Of a stretch of 32,000 nt of DNA, positions 16,505 through 26,264 are shown one piece after another (the first letter of the stretch is position 1; every line of letters starts with the position of its first letter). The stretch covers positions 747,329 to 779,328 of the forward strand of contig CAZKBG010000001.1 of the NCBI GenBank assembly GCA_964551375.1, read 5' to 3'. The DNA comes from an uncultured archaeon. Its GTDB lineage: Archaea > Iainarchaeota > Iainarchaeia > Iainarchaeales > JAAZKV01. The notes under the pieces are model-generated. The model worked only from the letters and a program-made list of their open reading frames with translations. It was not told the origin of the DNA and ran no database searches. The position numbers and the translations under genes were made by a program.

Positions 16505-17779
16505 ATGACGTTTAGGGAATTTGTAAAAAAAACTGATTTAACGGTGAGAAAACCAGTTTCAAAGAATTTAGAAGCAAGCGGCATAATTCACTCAGCGGGA
16601 GACAAAAGCATTCTCTTTGAAAAAATAAAAGAATCAAAATATAAAATTGCAGCAAATGTATTTGCAAACAAGCAAAAAGTTGCGGCATACCTTGGATGCG
16701 GAGTAAAAGATTTAGTTCCAGTGATGACTAAAGCTCTTCAAAACCCAACAAAACCAAAATTAGTCTCTAAAACCGACCACCAAGAACACCCTGTTGATTT
16801 AGACCTGCTTCCAATACTGACTCATACAGAAAAAGACGGCGGAGCATATGTTTCAAGCGGAATGATAATTGTAAGCGACCCAGGCGTGGGGCAGAATGTG
16901 TGCTATCATAGAGGAATGGTTATTTCAAAAAACAAATTAGCATTAAGAATACTTGAAAGAAACACAATGGAACTTTTGAAGAAAAACGGCGGAACATTAA
17001 AAGCAGCATACTGCGTAGGAAGCGGAGCAGAAGTATTAGTAGCTGCCGCAATGGCTCCAGCTCTTGGAGTAAACGAACTTGAAATAGCAAATTCAATGAA
17101 GCCAATTGAAGTAATGAAAGCAAAATTATTTGACGCGACACTTCCAGCGGACAGCGAATTTGTATTTGAAGGAACACTTACTTTAAACGAAAGACACAAA
17201 GAAGGGCCGTTTGTTGACTTGACAGAAACAAGCGACATAATCAGAGAAGAGCCTGTATTCACAGTTGAAAAAGTTTATGCAAGACCAAACCCAATATGGC
17301 ATGCGCTTCTTCCAGGCGGATTTGAACACAAAATATTAATGGGGATGCCAAGAGAACCAACTGTGTTTGACGAAGTGGCAAAAGCAGGAATAGAAGTTAT
17401 TGACGTGAGCGTAAATCCAGGCGGAAGCTCATGGTTCCACGTGATTGTAAAAATCAATAAAAAGAATGAAGACGACGGCAAACGCGCAATTGATGCCGCA
17501 ATGAAAGGACACACTTCAGGAAAGCACTTTTTTGTAGTGGATAAAGACATTGATATCTATAATCCGCTTGAAGTAGAATGGGCAATGGCGACAAGATTCC
17601 AAGCAGACAAGAATTTGTACCTGTTCCCAAAGCAGAAAGGATCATCACTTGATGCAAGCGCGGACCAAATCACACGCGAAACATGCAAAGCTGGATTTGA
17701 CTTGACAATGAGGCTTGATAAAGTAGGGAAAATGACAAGAACAGAATTCCCAAAGTACAATATAAAAGATTATTTGTAA
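16505..17779 (+). CDS. UbiD-family decarboxylase, predicted anhydromevalonate-phosphate decarboxylase
   Basis: 424 aa; LLPILTHTEKDGGAYVSSGMIIVSDP, YHRGMVISKNKLALRI, PFVDLTETSDIIREEPVF, LPGGFEHKILMGMPREP; context with UbiX and aconitase X. Confidence 0.85.
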   Translation: MTFREFVKKTDLTVRKPVSKNLEASGIIHSAGDKSILFEKIKESKYKIAANVFANKQKVAAYLGCGVKDLVPVMTKALQNPTKPKLVSKTDHQEHPVDLDLLPILTHTEKDGGAYVSSGMIIVSDPGVGQNVCYHRGMVISKNKLALRILERNTMELLKKNGGTLKAAYCVGSGAEVLVAAAMAPALGVNELEIANSMKPIEVMKAKLFDATLPADSEFVFEGTLTLNERHKEGPFVDLTETSDIIREEPVFTVEKVYARPNPIWHALLPGGFEHKILMGMPREPTVFDEVAKAGIEVIDVSVNPGGSSWFHVIVKINKKNEDDGKRAIDAAMKGHTSGKHFFVVDKDIDIYNPLEVEWAMATRFQADKNLYLFPKQKGSSLDASADQITRETCKAGFDLTMRLDKVGKMTRTEFPKYNIKDYL

Positions 17780-17841
17780 ATAAGTTAAGATATGAAGGTA
17801 ATTGAATATAATAAGTTTAGTAACCAAAAGATTGTGATTTT

Positions 17842-19029
17842 ATGAAGCTAACAAAACAAGAAAAGGATATGCTGAACGGCAAATACGGAAACGCCGTAAA
17901 GAAAAGCATGGGAATACTTGTAGCGCTTGGAGAAATATACAACGCAAAAAAATTAATTGATGTGACAAGCGTGCAAATAGCTGGAGTAAGCTATGACAAC
18001 CTTGGCGACGCAGGACTTGAATTCTTGGAAGAACTTGCAAAAGACGGCAAAGTAAAAGTTCTTACTACTCTCAATCCTGCGGGAATGGACCTTGAAAATT
18101 ATAAAGCACTTGGAATTAGCGAAGAGTTCGCAGTAAAACAAAGAAAAGTAATAGAAGCATTCTCTAAAATGGGAATACTTCCAACATGCACCTGCACTCC
18201 TTATTTAATTGGAAATAATCCTCATTTTGAACAACACATAGCGTGGAGCGAAAGCTCAGCTGTAGCATACGCAAATTCAGTAATAGGCGCTTACACAAAC
18301 AGAGAAGGCGGACCAAGCGCGCTAGCAGCAGCATTAACAGGAAAAACTCCTCTTTACGGAATGCATTTGCCCGAAAGCAGAAAAGCGCAAGTAAAAGTAA
18401 AAGTAAAATGCAAAATCAAAGGAACTTGGGAATTTGGAGCGCTTGGAAAAGCAATCGGAGAAAAAGTAAAAGCAAAACCAGTTTTGATTACAGGAATAAA
18501 AGAAGCGACAGTAGATGAGCTAAAATCATTCTCAGCAAGCATAGCAACATACGGCGGAGCAGCGATATTTCATATAAAAGGAATAACGCCTGGAAAAACA
18601 CCGACTCCAAAAGAAGAAATTGTAATTACTGAAGAAGACATTAAAAAAGCGGAAAAAGAAATGGACTCGGACTGCGAAGTTGATTTTGTAAGCGTAGGAT
18701 GCCCTCATGCAAGCCTTGCAGAACTTGCAAAAATCGCAGAGCTTTTGAAAGGAAAAAAAGTTACAAAAGAATTCTGGATAACAACCGCCCGCCCGACAAA
18801 AAAAATAGCTGATGCTGCAGGATATGCAAAAATAATTGAAGACGCAGGCGCAAAATTCGCCGCAGATACTTGCTGTGTTGTAGCTCCAATAAAAAACAGA
18901 TTCAAATGCATGGCAACGGACTCAGCAAAAGGATGCTACTATGCAGGCGCAAAAAATAATTTCAAAGTAAAAATTATGCCGATTGAAAGATTAATAGAAG
19001 AAGCATGCAAGCCAATCGGGCAAAAATGA
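17842..19029 (+). CDS. Aconitase X catalytic domain, predicted phosphomevalonate dehydratase large subunit
   Basis: 395 aa; KLTKQEKDMLNGKYGNAVKKSMGILVALGEIYNAKKLIDVTSVQIAGVSY, PTCTCTPYLIGNNPHFEQHIAWSESSAVAYANSVIGAYTNREGGPSAL, VSVGCPHASLAEL. Confidence 0.92.
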   Translation: MKLTKQEKDMLNGKYGNAVKKSMGILVALGEIYNAKKLIDVTSVQIAGVSYDNLGDAGLEFLEELAKDGKVKVLTTLNPAGMDLENYKALGISEEFAVKQRKVIEAFSKMGILPTCTCTPYLIGNNPHFEQHIAWSESSAVAYANSVIGAYTNREGGPSALAAALTGKTPLYGMHLPESRKAQVKVKVKCKIKGTWEFGALGKAIGEKVKAKPVLITGIKEATVDELKSFSASIATYGGAAIFHIKGITPGKTPTPKEEIVITEEDIKKAEKEMDSDCEVDFVSVGCPHASLAELAKIAELLKGKKVTKEFWITTARPTKKIADAAGYAKIIEDAGAKFAADTCCVVAPIKNRFKCMATDSAKGCYYAGAKNNFKVKIMPIERLIEEACKPIGQK

Positions 19030-19073
19030 AAAAAGCGGTAAATTGAGTAATGAAATGATATTTTGAAAAAAAT

Positions 19074-19475
19074 GTGGTGTTTATGACAGAACTAAAAGGA
19101 AGAAAAATATTTGGCGGCTCAATCGAAGGAGAAGCGCTTGTAACAACACAAGGGATTTCATTCTTCGGCGGAGTAAATCCTGACAACGGCGTAGTGCAGG
19201 AAAAAGGACACGAACTTGAAGGGCAGAGCATATCAGGAAAAATACTTGTTCTCCCGCAGGGAAAAGGCTCAACAGTAGGAAGCTATGCGATTTACCGAAT
19301 GAAAAAACAAGGAACTGCTCCAAAAGCGATTGTATTAAGCGAATGCGAAGCAATAGTTGCGGTAGGCGCGATAATTTCAGAAATCCCGTGCGTTGACAAG
19401 ATTGATATTTCAAAAATAAAAACAGGGCAAAAGCTGAAAGTAGACGGCGACAAAGGAATAGTTGAACTAAAATAG
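19074..19475 (+). CDS. Aconitase X swivel domain (DUF126), predicted phosphomevalonate dehydratase small subunit
   Basis: 133 aa; GRKIFGGSIEGEALVTTQGISFFGGVNPDNGVV, GKILVLPQGKGSTVGSYAIYRMKKQGTAPKAIVL. Start may be the internal ATG at 19083. Confidence 0.92.
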   Translation: MVFMTELKGRKIFGGSIEGEALVTTQGISFFGGVNPDNGVVQEKGHELEGQSISGKILVLPQGKGSTVGSYAIYRMKKQGTAPKAIVLSECEAIVAVGAIISEIPCVDKIDISKIKTGQKLKVDGDKGIVELK

Positions 19476-19559
19476 CAATATAGGTCTAAAAAATCGATAT
19501 ATTTTCTTATTCAAGATACTTTTAAATAAAGAAAAAGTGCTCATTTTGCAAGTGGTTTA

Positions 19560-20210
19560 ATGTTTGGCAGAAGAGGGCAGGGCACAATAGAATACCTTGT
19601 AATTATTGCAGTTGTGATAGTTTTAGCGCTTGTTGTTTCTTATTTTATGATGGGCTCGCTTGGCTCGGCTTCAGCAGCAGAAAAGGCGAGTCTTAAAGCA
19701 GCTTGGCAGTCAAAAGAAGTGGGAATTGCTGATTTTGCAGTTGATTCAAGCGGAAGCGGAAAAATCGCATTGATGAACAACTCTGGCGAATTTGTGAGAA
19801 TAAAGAAAGTTTATGTTGAAGGAGTGCTTGTTTATGACGGAACGCTTTCACTTGGAAATTTTGACAAATATGTAGTGGGCTCTTTTGCAAGCAATGTCGC
19901 AGCGTGCAGTGCGGACAGAAGATATAGAATAAGAATAGTTTACGAGGCTGAAAGCGGGCTTGAAGATGAAGTGAGCGGAGATTTGTACCCAGAATGCATG
20001 GCAAGCGCATCACAAATAAACACTTTGCTTTTAAGCATCCCAAATATTGACTCAAACATAAATATCGACTTGAATGTATCAACAGGACTTTTAGGACTTG
20101 CAAACTCACAGGCAGTGAATACAAGAAACCTTGACAATATTTCACAAGGCTCATCCCCAGACTCAAATGTAAAATATGACACTAATGTTGTGACATTAAA
20201 TACAGTGTGA
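19560..20210 (+). CDS. Class III signal peptide (pilin-like) protein
   Basis: 216 aa; MFGRRGQGTIEYLVIIAVVIVLALVVSYFMMGSLG. Confidence 0.82.
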   Translation: MFGRRGQGTIEYLVIIAVVIVLALVVSYFMMGSLGSASAAEKASLKAAWQSKEVGIADFAVDSSGSGKIALMNNSGEFVRIKKVYVEGVLVYDGTLSLGNFDKYVVGSFASNVAACSADRRYRIRIVYEAESGLEDEVSGDLYPECMASASQINTLLLSIPNIDSNINIDLNVSTGLLGLANSQAVNTRNLDNISQGSSPDSNVKYDTNVVTLNTV

Positions 20211-20214
20211 GTTT

Positions 20215-23200
20215 ATGGGTTATTCTAAATTTTTATTGGCTTTTATATTTATTCTTTTTTTGACAAATGTTTTTTCAGTAGACATTTCCACATGCGCTGA
20301 TTTATACAATATGGCTGAATCTTCAAGCTCATTTACCGTTACAACCAATATTGACTGCGCAGCATATACAGCCGCGGGAGATAAATTTGGAAACGCAATA
20401 AATTTTTACGGAACGCTTGACGGAGGAAACTATACTATAAGCAATATTTATGTAAATGCTCCAGGGGCAGATTATGTCGGAGGAATATTTAGAACAGTAA
20501 ACAGTGTCAGCAATTTAACTCTTCAAAATGTAAAAATATATGCAAGCAACAGAAGCTATGTCGGGGGGCTTGCGGGACAATCAAGCGGAACAATAACAAA
20601 TGTCACAGTAAGAGACTCAAATATTTTTGGAAACAACTTTGCAGGAATAGTTGTGGGAAACTCTTTAGGACAGGTGCTGAATTCGTCAGTTTATGATTCA
20701 AATATTTCCGCAAACCACGCAGTTGGAGGAATGGTCGGCAGAGTATATCATAACATGCTGAATCCAAGAGTAAGCAATGCGATAATCAACGGAGTTGGGG
20801 ATGCTTCAAATGCATATGGAGTGGGGGGAGTTGTTGGAACAATAGACACAACAAATAGAAGAATAGATTTGAATGATTCAGTTGTGTCGCTTGGAAATTT
20901 ATACGGAACATACTTTGTGGGCGGAGCAGTAGGGGTGGCAACATGCTATTACTGCTCAAATCCAGTAACAATGAACCGAATCACAGTTAATGCAAATCAA
21001 ATAACCGGAAATCAATACGTGGGCGGGCTTGCCGGGCACTTTCCATTGCCAATAACAATAACCGATTCAAACGCCACAGTGACTCAAATTACAGGAGACC
21101 GAGCAAATTCAGGCTCAATAGGAGGGCTTGTAGGGTACGCAAATGTTGTGGGGAGCAATTTATCCTTCACAGGAAATATTTCAATAAATTCCTCAGGCAG
21201 CACAACAGGGTATATCGGCGGGCTTGTCGGAAGAATTGATTCAGGCTCAATAAGAAACGCAAAAGCAGATGTAAACATTGACACTACGCTTGGCTCGGTA
21301 ACAATGGATAATGTCGGCGGAATTTTGGGATTTGATAATTCAAATACAACAATTACCGACGCAAACGTAGTCTTTGGCGTAATAAAAGGAAAAAATTCTG
21401 TCGGCGGAATTGCAGGAAATATTACAACTTCAATTGTTCGAACAAGAGTTACCGGAACAACACTTACCGGGGTAGGCGCTGATACTTATTATGGGACTGG
21501 CGGAGTTGCGGGAACTGCAAGAGCCGACAGCAGAAGAATTGATTTGAATGACTCAGTTGTTAACATTACTACTATTAACGGAACAAGATTTACTGGGGGA
21601 ATAGTCGGAGTGGGGTGGTGTTATTACTGCTCTAATCCAACAAATGTTTTCAACTCTTCTTTTACAGGCTCTGCTTTGAACGGTTATCAGTTTGCTGGAG
21701 GAATCGCAGGATATCTACCAAGCGGAACATCCCTAATTTCAAACTCAACGGCAAGAATTCCTCAAATGACTTTTTCAGGCTCTGACCCTTACTATTCAGG
21801 CGGAGTGGGAGGAGCAGTAATTAACATAACTAATTCAAATTTTATTGGAAATATTGACGTAAGCAAATCTTCCAACACAGGAAGCGGATACTTTGGGGGA
21901 ATTGCAGGACAGGCAAATTCAATCTCAGACTCATGGGCTGACACAAATCTTAACTTAATGCTCGGAACATATGCGAGTAATTATGTCGGCGGGCTCGTTG
22001 GAAATTACACAGGAAATATTACTTCCAGCTATGCAAAAGTCCACCATATTTGGGAACCAAGCACTTCAAACGGGACAAACATAGGGGGGCTTGCAGGGCA
22101 GGGGGCTACTGCGGGCGGATACATAATAGACTCAAATGTAACTTTTAATGATATTAACGGAGGAAACAGCGTAGGAGGGCTTGCAGGATATACTCAAGGA
22201 AATATTTTGCGAACAAAAGTAATTGGAAACACTTTAAGCGGAACAGGCGCCGATTCATATTATGGTGTCGGCGGGCTTGTCGGAACAATAAGAGCCGACA
22301 GCGGAAGAGTTGACCTAAATTATGCAAATGTAAATATTACTACAATTAACGGAACAAGATTTACGGGCGGAATTGTGGGAGCTGGATGGTGTTATTACTG
22401 CTCATACACAACAAATGTATTTAACTCAACTTTCACAGGCTCTGCTTTGAACGGTTATCAGTTTGCTGGAGGAATCGCAGGATGGCTTCCAAGCGGCGCA
22501 TCAAAAATATATGATTCAAATGCGCGAATTACAAGAATTTATCTTTCAGGTTCCAACCCATATTATTCAGGAGGAGTTGGCGGACAGGCATATGATATAA
22601 ACAATGCAAATTTTATAGGACTAATTGAGGTCAACAAATCTTCCAACTCAGGAGACGGATACTTTGGAGGACTTGCGGGACACGCAAACAGTATTTCATA
22701 TTCCTGGGCTGACACAAACCTTAACCTTCATCTTGGAGCATATGCGAGTAATTATGTCGGCGGGCTCGTTGGAAATTATACTGGAAACATTGACCACAGC
22801 TGGGTTAGGGTTCATCATATTTTTGAGCCTGCAACAAGCAATGGCGGAAGAGTGGGAGGACTTGCAGGGCAGGGGGCTACTGCGGGCGGATATATTTCTG
22901 ATTCGAACGCCGTGTTTACTGATATTAACGGTGGAAATGATGTTGGAGGGCTTGTTGGTTATGCGCAGGGAAATATTTTAAGAAATAAAGTTACTGGAAC
23001 AAATGTTAGAGGGACTGGTTATTTAGACGGTTATAGTTTGTATGGTGTTGGCGGATTAGTTGGAACAATGCAGGCAGGAGCGCGCTCCGATGTAAATGAT
23101 AATGTTGTTGATTTGAATTCGGTTGTTGCTACAAGTGGTGCCGGCGGACTAGTCGGCTCGCAGTATTGTTACAGCTGTTCTTCAAGCTACTGGATGGGAG

Positions 23201-26199
23201 TAAATAGATCTAAGGCTGATTTGAACTGGCTGATTGGGACTACGCACGTGGGCGGCTTAGTCGGACACATTCCGCTTACAGCAAGTTTTATTGCCGACTC
23301 AAACGCAAGGATTGTAAAAATTTTGGCCACAGGTTCCGACCCATATCACATTGCAGGACTAGCAGGAGCAAATGCAGGAGACATTATCAGGTCAAATTTT
23401 GTTGGAGAAATTGATGTTAGAAAAACAAGCGGAAGCGGAAACAACGGATACATTGCAGGACTTTCAGGGTCAGTTAGAAATATTTATTCCTCATGGGCTG
23501 ATACAAATATTAACATAATGCTTGGAACTTTTTCCACAAACTATGTCGGCGGATTAACAGGATACTATTCAGGAAATATTACTTCAAGCTGGGCAAGGGT
23601 TCACCATATTTGGGAGCCTGCAACAAGTAACGGCGGAAGAGTGGGAGGACTTGCAGGATATGGGGCTACTGCGGGCGGATATATTTCTGATTCGAACGCA
23701 ATGTTTACTGATATTAACGGTGGAAATGATGTCGGAGGGCTTGTTGGTTATGCGCAGGGAAATATTTTGAGAAATAAAGTTACTGGAACAAATGTCCGCG
23801 GCGCAGGACTTGCTGATGGGTACAGTGTATATGGTGTTGGCGGTTTAGTTGGAACTATGCAATCAGGAGCGCGCTCTGATGTAAATGATAATTCAGTTGA
23901 TTTAAATAGTGTCAGCGGAACAACGGGTGTTGGCGGGTTAGTGGGTTCGCAGTATTGTTACAGCTGTTCTTCAAGCTACTGGATGGGAGTAAACCGTTCA
24001 AGCGTTCGGTTAAATTTTTTGTCTGGAACAAATTATATTGGCGGAATTTTTGGGCACGCTCCATTGACAGGGACATTTATTTCTGACTCAAATGCAAGAA
24101 TTCCAAAGATTACTGCTTCAGGAACAGACCCATATCACGTTGGGGGATTATGCGGACAAACAGAAGGAGATGTGATAAGGTCAAACTTTATTGGAGAAAT
24201 TGATATTAGAAAAACAAGCGGGAGCGGGAATAACGGATACATTGCAGGACTATGCGGAGCAGTAAGAAATATTTCTTACTCGTGGGCTGATACAAACATT
24301 AACATTCTACTTGGGGGATATTCAACAAATTATGTCGGCGGATTAACAGGGTGGCTCAGAGGAAATATGACTTACAGCAATGCAATACTTGGGCATATTT
24401 GGGAACCTGCAACTTCAAACGGCGGAAGAGTAGGCGGATTAGTAGGGCAAGTAGCAGTAGCAGGCGCAAGCATTTCAGATTCAAATGTTATTTTTGTTGA
24501 TATTAACGGGGGAAATGATGTTGGGGGGCTTGTTGGTTATGCGCAGGGAAATGTTCTAAGGAGCAAAGTAACTGGAGTAAATGTTCGAGGCACAGGACTT
24601 GAAGATGGTTATAGTTTGTATGGTGTCGGCGGTTTGGTTGGGACTATGCAGTCAGGCGCGCGTTCTGATGTAAATGATTGTTCAGTTGATTTGAATAGTG
24701 TAGTGGGACTTGCAGGAGTTGGAGGAATAGTCGGCTCTCAGTATTGTTATAGTTGTTCTTCAAGCTACTGGATGGGAGTAAATAGAAGCGTTGCAAGAAT
24801 TAATTCATTAATCGGAGCCAAATACACAGGCGGAATTTTTGGGCACGCTCCATTAACAGGAAGTTTTGCAGCAGATTCAAATGCAATAATTACAAGAATT
24901 TACGCGGCGGGGAGCGACACTTATAATATTGGGGGAGTAGTAGGCGCAAACGCAGGAGATGTTATGCGCTCATATTTTATTGGAACAATTGATGTAAGCA
25001 AATCTTCAAACACTGCTAACGGCGGAATTGGAGGAGTTGCAGGGTCAGTGCGAAATGTATACCAATCCTACGCAGACACAAATATTGATTTTACATTAGG
25101 GAATTATTCAGGAAACAGCGTTGGGGGAGTTGCAGGAAGCGCGGTTACAATAAATGACTCCTACGTTAGAGCAGCTTATATTAAATCAACGCGCTCGGGC
25201 TCATATACAGGAGGACTTGTTGGGTACGCTCAAGGAAATATTAATCACTCATACGCGGCAGTTGCCGATGTAAATGGATATTCATCAGTTGGAGGGCTTG
25301 TGGGATACTTTACAAGCTCTTACACGGTTTCAAATTCATTCTTTGTGGGAAAAGCAAAAGCATCAAGCTCGGTTGATAATAATATTTTAGCAGGCGCAAA
25401 CGGAAGCGTATCAAACTGCTACTTTAACAACACAGGCTCAAGCGTTGTTTACAAATTAAATGCGGGCTCAACAACAGAACAAGACCCAAACGCGGGCTCA
25501 TCATTTTTCAAAGGCAATTCTACAAACCCTCCATTTGGAGCGGGAGTAGGCGACTGGAATTTTAGCGGAATATGGTATGTGTGGTCAAACGATTATCCTA
25601 AATTTGTTAAAAAACTGGCTTATTACACAAGCGGAATATTCATTTCTCCAGCAATCAATCTTGGCACCCCAAAAAGATTTGTTTCATTCGACTTCAACGG
25701 CAATTTTCCGAACGGAACAGATGTAAATTTCCAAATAAGAACCGCTGACTCAAACTCAAATCTTTCAAGCGAAGACTGGGTGGGGCCAAATGACAGCACA
25801 AGCGAATATTACAACAGCACAAGCACAAAAGCAATAACAACCGCGCATGATTTTGATTCATGGATGCAATGGAGAGCAAAACTTTATACAAACGACGAAA
25901 TAATCACTCCTACAATTTACTACGCTGATGTAAACACAGTGGGAATAGGAAGCGTAATATGGTATGGACTATCTGACGGGGCGCAGTGGAGCTCGTTTGA
26001 TTATAATGTGGTATCAACAAACGGCGGAAGCGTTGACTGGTTCTACGGGCCGTCAACAACAGGTCCATGGACTGCGACATCAATGCTTCTTAGCGGACAA
26101 AATGTTATAGGGATAAAAGCAGTAGCAAGCGCTTCAATTGACGCAAATACTCCAAATATAAGCCCTGATTTGAACGTGTCTTACTCAAGACAAAACTAA
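20215..26199 (+). CDS. Giant secreted surface protein with GLUG-like beta-repeats and C-terminal beta-rich domain
   Basis: 1994 aa; N-terminal signal peptide FLLAFIFILFLTNVFS; dozens of motifs of the form YVGGLVGNYTGNITSSYAKV. Confidence 0.88.
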   Translation: MGYSKFLLAFIFILFLTNVFSVDISTCADLYNMAESSSSFTVTTNIDCAAYTAAGDKFGNAINFYGTLDGGNYTISNIYVNAPGADYVGGIFRTVNSVSNLTLQNVKIYASNRSYVGGLAGQSSGTITNVTVRDSNIFGNNFAGIVVGNSLGQVLNSSVYDSNISANHAVGGMVGRVYHNMLNPRVSNAIINGVGDASNAYGVGGVVGTIDTTNRRIDLNDSVVSLGNLYGTYFVGGAVGVATCYYCSNPVTMNRITVNANQITGNQYVGGLAGHFPLPITITDSNATVTQITGDRANSGSIGGLVGYANVVGSNLSFTGNISINSSGSTTGYIGGLVGRIDSGSIRNAKADVNIDTTLGSVTMDNVGGILGFDNSNTTITDANVVFGVIKGKNSVGGIAGNITTSIVRTRVTGTTLTGVGADTYYGTGGVAGTARADSRRIDLNDSVVNITTINGTRFTGGIVGVGWCYYCSNPTNVFNSSFTGSALNGYQFAGGIAGYLPSGTSLISNSTARIPQMTFSGSDPYYSGGVGGAVINITNSNFIGNIDVSKSSNTGSGYFGGIAGQANSISDSWADTNLNLMLGTYASNYVGGLVGNYTGNITSSYAKVHHIWEPSTSNGTNIGGLAGQGATAGGYIIDSNVTFNDINGGNSVGGLAGYTQGNILRTKVIGNTLSGTGADSYYGVGGLVGTIRADSGRVDLNYANVNITTINGTRFTGGIVGAGWCYYCSYTTNVFNSTFTGSALNGYQFAGGIAGWLPSGASKIYDSNARITRIYLSGSNPYYSGGVGGQAYDINNANFIGLIEVNKSSNSGDGYFGGLAGHANSISYSWADTNLNLHLGAYASNYVGGLVGNYTGNIDHSWVRVHHIFEPATSNGGRVGGLAGQGATAGGYISDSNAVFTDINGGNDVGGLVGYAQGNILRNKVTGTNVRGTGYLDGYSLYGVGGLVGTMQAGARSDVNDNVVDLNSVVATSGAGGLVGSQYCYSCSSSYWMGVNRSKADLNWLIGTTHVGGLVGHIPLTASFIADSNARIVKILATGSDPYHIAGLAGANAGDIIRSNFVGEIDVRKTSGSGNNGYIAGLSGSVRNIYSSWADTNINIMLGTFSTNYVGGLTGYYSGNITSSWARVHHIWEPATSNGGRVGGLAGYGATAGGYISDSNAMFTDINGGNDVGGLVGYAQGNILRNKVTGTNVRGAGLADGYSVYGVGGLVGTMQSGARSDVNDNSVDLNSVSGTTGVGGLVGSQYCYSCSSSYWMGVNRSSVRLNFLSGTNYIGGIFGHAPLTGTFISDSNARIPKITASGTDPYHVGGLCGQTEGDVIRSNFIGEIDIRKTSGSGNNGYIAGLCGAVRNISYSWADTNINILLGGYSTNYVGGLTGWLRGNMTYSNAILGHIWEPATSNGGRVGGLVGQVAVAGASISDSNVIFVDINGGNDVGGLVGYAQGNVLRSKVTGVNVRGTGLEDGYSLYGVGGLVGTMQSGARSDVNDCSVDLNSVVGLAGVGGIVGSQYCYSCSSSYWMGVNRSVARINSLIGAKYTGGIFGHAPLTGSFAADSNAIITRIYAAGSDTYNIGGVVGANAGDVMRSYFIGTIDVSKSSNTANGGIGGVAGSVRNVYQSYADTNIDFTLGNYSGNSVGGVAGSAVTINDSYVRAAYIKSTRSGSYTGGLVGYAQGNINHSYAAVADVNGYSSVGGLVGYFTSSYTVSNSFFVGKAKASSSVDNNILAGANGSVSNCYFNNTGSSVVYKLNAGSTTEQDPNAGSSFFKGNSTNPPFGAGVGDWNFSGIWYVWSNDYPKFVKKLAYYTSGIFISPAINLGTPKRFVSFDFNGNFPNGTDVNFQIRTADSNSNLSSEDWVGPNDSTSEYYNSTSTKAITTAHDFDSWMQWRAKLYTNDEIITPTIYYADVNTVGIGSVIWYGLSDGAQWSSFDYNVVSTNGGSVDWFYGPSTTGPWTATSMLLSGQNVIGIKAVASASIDANTPNISPDLNVSYSRQN
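20722..25205 (+). repeat. Intragenic higher-order repeat, about 6 units; equivalent GG[LIM]xG positions at 20722, 21400, 22171, 22942, 23731, 24520 (spacing 678, 771, 771, 789, 789 nt)
   Basis: Measured directly by aligning equivalent sequence blocks (e.g. SVGGLAGYTQGNILRTKV / DVGGLVGYAQGNILRNKV). Confidence 0.9.
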
Positions 26200-26220
26200 A
26201 TAACTTAATAGACTAAATTT

Positions 26221-26239
26221 AAGGCTTTTTTAGCCTTTT
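26221..26239 (+). terminator. Hairpin AAGGCT-TTTTT-AGCCTT followed by TT; candidate terminator of the 20215-26199 gene
   Basis: 6-bp stem and T-rich loop/tail 22 nt after the stop codon. Confidence 0.45.
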
Positions 26240-26264
26240 GTTATATAAAATAAGTAGTGAAAAA

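Noticed and set aside
22625-22981. 118-aa plus-strand ORF inside the giant gene
   Set aside because: Out-of-frame within a strongly supported repeat protein, no independent motifs; similarly 18243..18518 inside aconitase X and 29707..29901 inside the second giant.
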